From assembly GCA_049974095.1 (NCBI GenBank), contig JBMFJD010000015.1, positions 1 to 12,318 on the forward strand: a stretch of 12,318 bases of DNA, in the 5' to 3' direction. Of this stretch, positions 6,786-12,318 are shown piece by piece. Position 1 is the first letter of the stretch. Each line of letters begins with the position of its first letter. The DNA comes from Nanopusillaceae archaeon (GTDB lineage Archaea; Nanobdellota; Nanobdellia; Nanobdellales; Nanobdellaceae). The notes beneath the pieces were generated by a model. The model was not told the origin of the DNA and made no database searches. It worked only from the letters and a program-made list of their open reading frames with translations. A program made the translations under genes and the position numbers.

Positions 6786-8360
6786 ATGGGATTTCCGGTT
6801 GATATAGATTTTTTAAGGAATAATATAGAATTATATAAAGAAACATTTAGGAAAAGGGGATTGGATGAAAAAAATGTAGATAAGGCAATAGAACTGGATA
6901 ATAAGAGAAGAGAATTACAAAAAGAATTAGATAAATTAAAACATAGAAAAAATTTGTTATCAAAATTATATGGTTATGCTTTACAATATAAAAATGGGAA
7001 AATAACGAGAGAAGAATTTATTAAAAATGCTATAAATTTAGGATTCGATATTCATGAAGGAGATATAGAATTAGAAAAAATAAAAGAAGAAATAAAAGAT
7101 ACAGATGAAGAAATAAATAGAAAACAAGAAGAATATAATATTGTCGAAAGTAATTTAATAGATCTATTATGGAATTTCCCAAATTTATTATCTCCAGAAG
7201 TACCTGTTGGAGATGAAAGTAAAAATACTCCAGTAATATTTTGGGGAGTACCAAGAGTATATGATATAAATTTATTTAAAGAACAGACTGAAAAATTTGG
7301 ATGGAAAATAATAGAATTGGAAGAATTATTGAATAATAATCAATATGAAAAATATATTAAAAATAAAGAATTATTAAAAGAATTAAGTGAAATATTAAGT
7401 GATAAAGAAGATTTTAAAGAAATAAACTTTAATGATGTATTAGATTTTGAAAAATTGAATCAAGATAAAATTGTAGTATATAAAAAGGTAAATCATGAAT
7501 TAAAGCATCAATATGATATATTGAAACAATATAATTTAGCAGATACAGATATTGCTGGAGAAGTTTCGGGTTCAAGATTTTATTATGAATTTGATTTATT
7601 ATCATTATTAGATTTGGGATTGAGTTTGGAAGGAGTAAAATTTATGATAAAGAAAGGATATAAGTTTACAATTCCTCCTTATATGTTAAAGAAAGAAATA
7701 TTGGATGGAATAATTACTTTAGATGATTTTGCAGATATGATGTATGAAATTGAAGGAGAGGAATTATATTTAATTGGAACTGCAGAACATCCAATTACAG
7801 CATTATATTATAATTCAATTATTAATGAAGATAAATTGCCAATTAAAATTGTTGGATGGAGTCCATGTTTTAGAAAAGAAGCTGGAGCACATGGAAAAGA
7901 TACAAAAGGATTATTTAGATTGCATCAATTCCATAAAGTAGAACAATATATATTTTGTAAACCTGAAGATTCTGAAAAATATCATAAAGAATTAATAAAT
8001 AATGCGCAAGAATTTTTGGAAAAATTAAATATTCCATATAGAACTGTAATTATCGCATCAATGGATATGGGAAAGAGAAGTTATAAGCAATATGATGTTG
8101 AAGGATGGTTCCCAGGACAACAAAAATATAGAGAATTAATATCTGGATCAAATGTAACAGATTGGCAATCTAGGAGATCAAATATAAGATATAGGACAAA
8201 GAACAATGAATTAAAATATTTACATACATTAAATTGTACATTAACTGCACTACAAAGGACAATAACATGTATATTGGAAAATAATTATGATTATAAAAAT
8301 AATAGAATATATATTCCTAAGATATTACAAGGTTATGTAGAGAAGGAGTTTATATCTTAA
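6786..8360 (+). CDS. serS: Serine--tRNA ligase (bacterial/common type) with two lineage-specific insertions
   Basis: N-terminal coiled-coil arm is present. Other signatures are GEVSGSRFYY, TAEHP, motif 2 CFRKEAGAHGKDTKGLFRLHQFHKVEQ, motif 3 region YRELISGSNVTDWQSRRSNIRYR, and HTLNCTLTALQRTITCILENN. It is 524 aa, compared with the usual ~420-460 aa. Confidence 0.95.
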   Translation: MGFPVDIDFLRNNIELYKETFRKRGLDEKNVDKAIELDNKRRELQKELDKLKHRKNLLSKLYGYALQYKNGKITREEFIKNAINLGFDIHEGDIELEKIKEEIKDTDEEINRKQEEYNIVESNLIDLLWNFPNLLSPEVPVGDESKNTPVIFWGVPRVYDINLFKEQTEKFGWKIIELEELLNNNQYEKYIKNKELLKELSEILSDKEDFKEINFNDVLDFEKLNQDKIVVYKKVNHELKHQYDILKQYNLADTDIAGEVSGSRFYYEFDLLSLLDLGLSLEGVKFMIKKGYKFTIPPYMLKKEILDGIITLDDFADMMYEIEGEELYLIGTAEHPITALYYNSIINEDKLPIKIVGWSPCFRKEAGAHGKDTKGLFRLHQFHKVEQYIFCKPEDSEKYHKELINNAQEFLEKLNIPYRTVIIASMDMGKRSYKQYDVEGWFPGQQKYRELISGSNVTDWQSRRSNIRYRTKNNELKYLHTLNCTLTALQRTITCILENNYDYKNNRIYIPKILQGYVEKEFIS

Positions 8361-8390
8361 TATTTTTTAATTTTTAATACAATATATTTT

Positions 8391-9965
8391 ATGCGAAGGT
8401 ACATATTTGTAATAGGTGGTGTTATGTCTGGTTTGGGAAAGGGAATATTATCAGCATCAACCGCTTTTTTATTATCTTCAAAAGGATATAATGTATCAAT
8501 ATTAAAAATTGATCCATATATTAATGTAGATGCAGGAACAATGAATCCATATCAACATGGTGAAGTATTTGTAACAGAAGATGGAGGAGAAACAGATTTA
8601 GATTTAGGACATTATGAAAGATTTCTAAATAAAAATTTACATAAGTGGAATAATATAACAACTGGAAAAATATATTATAATGTAATACAAAAAGAAAGGG
8701 AAGGGAAATATTTGGGTCAAACTGTCCAAGTAATTCCTCATATTACTGATGAAATAAAAAATAGTATAAGAGAAGTTGGAGAAAAAGATAATGCAGATAT
8801 ATTAATAATTGAAATTGGAGGAACTGTTGGAGATATAGAATCTTTACCATTTTTAGAAGCTGCAAGACAAATGTATTTAGAAGATAGAGAAAATGTAATG
8901 TTTATTTTAATTGGTTTAGTTCCTTTATCAATTGATAAAGAACAAAAAACAAAACCATTGCAACATTCTGTTCAAGAATTAAGAAGAATTGGAATACAGC
9001 CAGATATTATTGTTGGAAGATCAAAAGATCCTTTATTAGAAGAAACAAAGAAAAAATTATCATTATTTTCAAATGTACCAATAGAAGGAATATTTTCTGA
9101 TCAAGATTTAGATATACAATATAAATTACCAATTGTATTAGAAAAAGAAGGATATTTAGATTATATATCAAAAAGATTAAGATTAAATAATAATAAACCA
9201 GATTTAAGTAAATTATACGATTTTATTGAAAAAATTGAAAATTATAAAAAGGTAAAAAGGATTGCAATGATTGGAAAATATACAAAAGTAACAGATAGTT
9301 ATTTAAGTATAAAAGAATCATTGAAAATTGCAGGTGCATATACTGGAATAAAACTTGAATTTGTATGGATAGAAAGTACAGATATTGAAGATGAAAAAAT
9401 AAATATAGAAGATTTTAATTTTGATTTAGCAATTGTATTACCAGGATTTGGAGCTAGAGGGGTTGAAGGAAAAATAAAGGCATTAAAATATTTGAGGGAA
9501 AATAATATACAAACATTAGGAATTTGTTATGGATTACAATTAATGACTGTTGAGATTGCAAGAAATGTTTTGGGATTAAAGGATGCACATACTACTGAAG
9601 TAAATCCAAATACTCCATATCCTGTTGTTGATATGATGGAAGAACAAAAGAAAATATTACAATTGGGAGGAACAATGAGATTAGGAAATTATCCTCTATA
9701 TATTAAAGAAAATACATTAGCATATGGAATATATAATTTAAAAGAAACAAAAGAAAGACATAGACATAGATATGAAATAAATAATAAATATTTGGATAAA
9801 TTTGAATCTGTAAATTATATAGTATCTGGAACAAGTATTGGTGGATTAGTAGAAATAATGGAATATAAGGATAACAAATTCTTTACTGGAACACAATTTC
9901 ATCCGGAATTTAATTCAAAAATATTCTCTCCTCATCCAATATTTATTGAATTGTTAAAACAATGA
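8391..9965 (+). CDS. pyrG: CTP synthase
   Basis: The N-terminus is YIFVIGGVMSGLGKGILSAS. Also present are DPYINVDAGTMNPYQHGEVFVTEDGGETDLDLGHYERF and IEIGGTVGDIESLPFLEA. The GATase domain shows GICYGLQ, GGTMRLG, ERHRHRYE and QFHPEF. Confidence 0.97.
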   Translation: MRRYIFVIGGVMSGLGKGILSASTAFLLSSKGYNVSILKIDPYINVDAGTMNPYQHGEVFVTEDGGETDLDLGHYERFLNKNLHKWNNITTGKIYYNVIQKEREGKYLGQTVQVIPHITDEIKNSIREVGEKDNADILIIEIGGTVGDIESLPFLEAARQMYLEDRENVMFILIGLVPLSIDKEQKTKPLQHSVQELRRIGIQPDIIVGRSKDPLLEETKKKLSLFSNVPIEGIFSDQDLDIQYKLPIVLEKEGYLDYISKRLRLNNNKPDLSKLYDFIEKIENYKKVKRIAMIGKYTKVTDSYLSIKESLKIAGAYTGIKLEFVWIESTDIEDEKINIEDFNFDLAIVLPGFGARGVEGKIKALKYLRENNIQTLGICYGLQLMTVEIARNVLGLKDAHTTEVNPNTPYPVVDMMEEQKKILQLGGTMRLGNYPLYIKENTLAYGIYNLKETKERHRHRYEINNKYLDKFESVNYIVSGTSIGGLVEIMEYKDNKFFTGTQFHPEFNSKIFSPHPIFIELLKQ

Positions 9966-9973
9966 CGGATTAG

Positions 9974-10010
9974 AGAACCAAATTTATAAATAATTTATAA
10001 ATTTGGTTCT
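9974..10010. repeat. Perfect 37-nt palindrome A (18-bp arms, 1-nt centre)
   Basis: AGAACCAAATTTATAAAT-A-ATTTATAAATTTGGTTCT. It lies between the pyrG stop (9965) and the 3' end of the NTase gene, and it overlaps that 3' end. Copy B is at 10952..10988. Confidence 0.95.
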
Positions 10011-10615
10011 TCAGGTAACTCTTCTTTATTTTTTATTGAATAAACATATTTATAACCATATATTGAAATAGATCTAACAGAAATATTTACTTCAATATCA
10101 TATATTTTGCAGAATTTTAATATGTTTTGTATAAATTTATCAGAATTCTCTACTGGAATTCTTACTATGAATGGTTTTGAGGAAACAATTTCTCCATTGT
10201 ATTCTTCTATTAATCCTTTTTTATTTCTATCCTTTCTTCCTTCTAAGTAATAAAATAATATTTTCCTTTTACTTTTATCTTTTGTTAATATATTTATTTC
10301 TATTTCTTTTGCAGTTTTAAATTCAAAAATTTCTGATAATTTTTTATCATATTTTACAGAATATCCATCTATTAATAATTCATAAAATAAAAATCCTAAA
10401 TTATATATTTCTTCTAATTTTGCTACTGTTACATGATATTTTTTTATTAAATTTGAATATATTTCTTCATCAAATTTTTTGAAAATAATTAAAATATCTA
10501 TATCATTCGGATTTTCTTTTCCCCTAGTAATAGAGCCAAAAATTATTATATCAAAAACATTATCATTAATATATTTCTTTAGTTCTTTAGATAATTCTTC
10601 TAATTTCATCAACAT
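9995..10615 (-). CDS. MNT-type nucleotidyltransferase with an uncharacterised ~100-aa C-terminal extension (partner of the upstream HEPN gene)
   Basis: The motif DIIIFGSITRGKENPNDIDILIIF (GS...DxD) is near the N-terminus. At 206 aa it is roughly twice the size of minimal MNTs. Its start overlaps the HEPN gene by 29 nt (23 nt if Met3 is used). The last codons (..EEPNL*) are encoded by the right arm of palindrome A. Confidence 0.75.
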   Translation of the reverse strand: MLMKLEELSKELKKYINDNVFDIIIFGSITRGKENPNDIDILIIFKKFDEEIYSNLIKKYHVTVAKLEEIYNLGFLFYELLIDGYSVKYDKKLSEIFEFKTAKEIEINILTKDKSKRKILFYYLEGRKDRNKKGLIEEYNGEIVSSKPFIVRIPVENSDKFIQNILKFCKIYDIEVNISVRSISIYGYKYVYSIKNKEELPEEPNL

Positions 10616-10913
10616 ATTTATTTAAAATATCTGCTTCTTCTTTAGTTAGCTTTGTATAATAAGTTCTTCTATATATTTCAAATACCTTCTCATATATTTC
10701 TAATATTTTCTTTATTTTTTCATCCTTTTTTAATAATTCTCTTAATCTTTCAAATCTATCTTGATGACTTTTTACTGTAATATTGTATTTTTCTTTTAAG
10801 TATTTATCTATTAGCAAAAATATAGCGGTAGAATAATTCCTTACCGCAACAGTAAATCTACCCTTATTATAATCATCATTAGCAGATTCTAAAAATTCTT
10901 CCCATACTTCCAT
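10587..10913 (-). CDS. HEPN domain protein (PF05168-like), candidate HepT-like partner of the NTase
   Basis: 108 aa and predicted all-helical. The layout W..FLESANDDYNKGRF..AVRNYSTAIFLLIDKYL....VKSHQDRFERL ... IYRRTYYTKLTKEEADILNKYVDEI follows the HEPN pattern (A..d...g.y..a...a..a.e..lka......tH.l..L ... R.Y......t.eeA). It overlaps the NTase gene. I could not place a canonical Rx4-6H motif with confidence. Confidence 0.6.
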   Translation of the reverse strand: MEVWEEFLESANDDYNKGRFTVAVRNYSTAIFLLIDKYLKEKYNITVKSHQDRFERLRELLKKDEKIKKILEIYEKVFEIYRRTYYTKLTKEEADILNKYVDEIRRII

Positions 10914-10950
10914 AAAAATTTATCTATTTTTTTCTTTATAAGGTTATCTT
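10914..10950 (-). promoter_or_regulatory. Candidate promoter of the HEPN/NTase pair
   Basis: On the minus strand, CTTATAAAG lies about -29..-21 from the HEPN ATG, which fits a leaderless transcript. Palindrome B is immediately upstream. Confidence 0.3.
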
Positions 10951-10951
10951 G

Positions 10952-10988
10952 AGAACCATATTTATAAATTATTTATAAATAAGGTTCT
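10952..10988. repeat. 37-nt palindrome B (one arm mismatch), a copy of palindrome A
   Basis: AGAACCATATTTATAAAT-T-ATTTATAAATAAGGTTCT. Identity to A is 35/39 when the shared flanking G and T are included. It lies between the 3' end of tRNA-Cys (11009) and the HEPN start (10913). Confidence 0.95.
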
Positions 10989-10997
10989 TTAAAGAAC
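10984..10997. repeat. 14-nt perfect palindrome GTTCTTTAAAGAAC overlapping the right arm of palindrome B
   Basis: GTTCTTT/AAAGAAC. It re-uses the GGTTCT arm of palindrome B, giving two mutually exclusive hairpins. Confidence 0.85.
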
Positions 10998-11008
10998 ATT
11001 TTTCTATA

Positions 11009-11083
11009 AGCCGCGGAGGGGATTCGAACCCCTGATAAAGAGGGTCTGCAGCCCTCCCCCTTAGGCCACTCGGGCACCGCGGC
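11009..11083 (-). tRNA. tRNA-Cys (anticodon GCA), no encoded CCA
   Basis: The reverse complement reads GCCGCGG-TG-CCCGAGTGGCCTAAGGG-G-GAGGG-CTGCAGA-CCCTC-TTTATC-AGGGG-TTCGAAT-CCCCT-CCGCGGC-T. It has a 7-bp all-G:C acceptor stem, anticodon loop CU-GCA-GA, a GTTCGAAT T-loop and discriminator U73, which is a Cys identity element. It is strongly GC-rich within AT-rich DNA. By my hand fold the variable region is 6 nt. Confidence 0.9.
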
Positions 11084-11128
11084 ATATATATTTTTCTTTT
11101 AAAGAATATTTATATTTAATTCTAATAA
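11084..11128. promoter_or_regulatory. 45-bp divergent spacer carrying the tRNA-Cys and GIY-YIG promoters
   Basis: On the minus strand, TTAAATATAAAT lies at -36..-25 from tRNA nucleotide +1. On the plus strand, TTTTAAAG lies about -32..-25 from the ATG at 11129. The two boxes are crossed, each lying closer to the other gene. Confidence 0.35.
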
Positions 11129-11530
11129 ATGAAAGGAATTTACATTATAGTTCTTGAATGTTTAAATGACATAAAAATTAAAGTAGGTTCTTTAGGAGAA
11201 ATAGAATTTAAGAAAGGATATTATTTTTATATAGGTTCAGCATTAAATAATTTAGAAAAGAGAATTGAAAGACATTTAAGAAAAGATAAAAAAATACATT
11301 GGCATATAGATTATTTAACAACAAATAATAATTTCAGAATAATTAAAATATATTATAAAGAAACAAATAAGAGAGAAGAATGTGAAATTGCAAAATATTT
11401 TGAGAAATATTTTAATTATATAAAAAATTTTGGAAATTCAGATTGTAATGATAATTCTCATTTGTTTTATTCAAAAGATTTAAATGAAATAAGAGAATTT
11501 ATTAATAAATTAAATTTTTATCCTATGTAA
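11129..11530 (+). CDS. GIY-YIG superfamily protein of the DUF123/COG1833 ('Uri superfamily endonuclease') type
   Basis: KGIYIIVL ... GYYFYIGSALNNLEKRIERHLRKDKKIHWHIDYL ... FGNSDCNDNSHLFY matches the DUF123 signature (G.Y.....YvYvGSA..l..Ri.RH....K..HWHIDYL....GaSDC.C.SHLfy). The 3' end overlaps the convergent surface-protein gene by 13 nt. Confidence 0.8.
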   Translation: MKGIYIIVLECLNDIKIKVGSLGEIEFKKGYYFYIGSALNNLEKRIERHLRKDKKIHWHIDYLTTNNNFRIIKIYYKETNKREECEIAKYFEKYFNYIKNFGNSDCNDNSHLFYSKDLNEIREFINKLNFYPM

Positions 11531-12318
11531 ATTGAAGGCATAACTCCATTTGGTGGATATGCTCTAGCAAGAAAATATTGAAATGTTGCTGTAGAAGTAT
11601 AATCATTACTGTTGTGAGAGGTAATAAATAGGCCAATAAATCCTTGTGGAGATATTGAAGTTGGAGTAACGTAATTTCCTACTTGAGTTAAATAATCTAA
11701 ATAAGGTCCATAGAATCCTCCAACGTTATAATTGTTTGGTGCTATTAATGCTATAACACTAGGATAAGAAATTGGATTTCCGCCGGAACTATCGCAAGGT
11801 GCGATTTCAGATGCGATAGTTTGCCACTGGATTGTATATCCAGCGCCATTTGTTACGATCATATCAATTTCTCCATTTGAAGCTGCAGTATTTACCTGGT
11901 TTTGATACAAAATACCTGCTTTTGTCCATCCTGTGTCAGCACTGTTTCCTTGAAGATTAGTTACTAATGTTTCAAATATTTGATTAATTAGTACAAGATT
12001 TTCATAATATACTAATGTGATCATATAATCGGAACACCAAAAATCATAACCATTTGTGTTAAATATTGTTAAACTATTATTAACTATTATGGAACCAGAA
12101 GAGCCAGTAGGATTACTTAATACAGTCCATGTCCAGCCTGCTGGTAAAGAATTTCCGGCAAAGTTTGTATATAAATTAAATACATCCTGTCCATTATCGT
12201 ATTGTCCATAATTTGGACATTGAGATATGTTAGTATAGTTGGTATATCCTTCTTCATAACAATACCAATATGCACTTATACCTACATATGGATATAATAA
12301 TTGATAATAATTTGTATT
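11518..12318 (-). CDS. Secreted/surface protein with a complete ConA-like (LamG/DUF2341-like) domain; the 5' end lies outside the window
   Basis: I checked codon by codon that the frame stays open from 12024 to the window end (…YGQYDNGQDVFNLYTNFAGNSLPAGWTWTVLSN…GYDFWCSDY-MITLVYYEN…). DVFxxYxxFxGxSLxxxW at the domain start and FQYFLARAYPPNGVMPSIYIG at the end are typical of ConA-like jelly-roll domains. K and E are nearly absent. It is a paralog of 3..341(+). Confidence 0.65.
   Translation of the reverse strand, partial: NTNYYQLLYPYVGISAYWYCYEEGYTNYTNISQCPNYGQYDNGQDVFNLYTNFAGNSLPAGWTWTVLSNPTGSSGSIIVNNSLTIFNTNGYDFWCSDYMITLVYYENLVLINQIFETLVTNLQGNSADTGWTKAGILYQNQVNTAASNGEIDMIVTNGAGYTIQWQTIASEIAPCDSSGGNPISYPSVIALIAPNNYNVGGFYGPYLDYLTQVGNYVTPTSISPQGFIGLFITSHNSNDYTSTATFQYFLARAYPPNGVMPSIYIG
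11523..11570 (-). repeat. Right arm of the 48-nt inverted repeat (partner of 268..315)
   Basis: See the partner arm. The two arms are about 11.2 kb apart and lie at the 3' ends of convergently oriented paralogs. Confidence 0.9.

Noticed and set aside
7030-7254. 74-aa minus-strand ORF antisense to serS
   Set aside because: It is a leucine/phenylalanine-rich shadow ORF inside serS.
9966-9980. Possible att-site remnant: CGGATTAGAGAACC resembles the tRNA-Cys T-arm GGATTCGAACC at 11019-11029 in direct orientation
   Set aside because: The match needs a 2-nt gap and a mismatch and is only about 11 nt long. The AGAACC part belongs to the palindrome, which is also present at the tRNA-proximal end. 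This is not convincing as a duplicated tRNA 3' segment.
9966-10010. Palindrome A as a bacterial-type intrinsic terminator
   Set aside because: The hairpin is almost pure A:T, apart from the terminal AGAACC/GGTTCT, and no U-run follows it on either strand. Archaeal termination relies on oligo-T tracts. A terminator or insulator role remains only one hypothesis.
9973-10989. The palindromic repeats could be a CRISPR array
   Set aside because: There are only two copies. They are about 940 bp apart and are separated by two protein-coding genes. The repeats are AT-rich TATA-like palindromes, and no cas genes are present.
1-12318. Classical mobile element (IS, integrated virus or plasmid)
   Set aside because: No integrase, transposase, Rep or capsid-like ORF was recognised anywhere in the window. 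Only the palindrome pair hints at mobility.
11518-12318. Higher GC of the surface-protein genes as evidence of recent horizontal transfer
   Set aside because: The GC rise is explained by amino-acid composition (G/A/P/T/S codons). Third codon positions remain A/T-biased like the rest of the window, so composition alone does not support recent transfer.

Overview
This is a very AT-rich, extremely gene-dense archaeal window. Stop codons overlap, start and stop codons overlap, and divergent spacers are only 32-45 bp. Archaeal-type PheRS alpha/beta, eS26, stand-alone Bud32 and a tRNA with all-G:C stems point to a small-genome thermophilic archaeon. A DPANN/Nanoarchaeota-like origin is my inference only. 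The housekeeping backbone is an Rpp30-like ORF, a Zn-ribbon ORF and Bud32 on the minus strand; a tightly coupled eS26-pheT-pheS string on the minus strand; serS and pyrG on the plus strand; tRNA-Cys(GCA); and a DUF123-type GIY-YIG protein. Three small accessory modules sit between these genes. (1) A 169-aa ORF whose C-terminal ~80 aa look like a RelE/ParE toxin fused in frame to an unknown N-terminal half. (2) A 252-aa nucleotidyltransferase with a helical HEPN-like tail, 10 nt downstream of pheS. (3) An overlapping HEPN + nucleotidyltransferase pair, bracketed by two near-identical 37-nt palindromes and lying directly downstream of tRNA-Cys. Both window edges carry inverted paralogous genes for N/Y/T/S/G-rich, ConA/LamG-like surface proteins. 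These share a 48-nt near-identical inverted repeat encoding ...ARAYPPNGVMPSIYI. The best leads are the palindrome-bracketed HEPN/NTase cassette, the inverted surface-protein paralogs and the fused RelE-like ORF. All homology calls are by-eye motif recognition, since no searches could be run.
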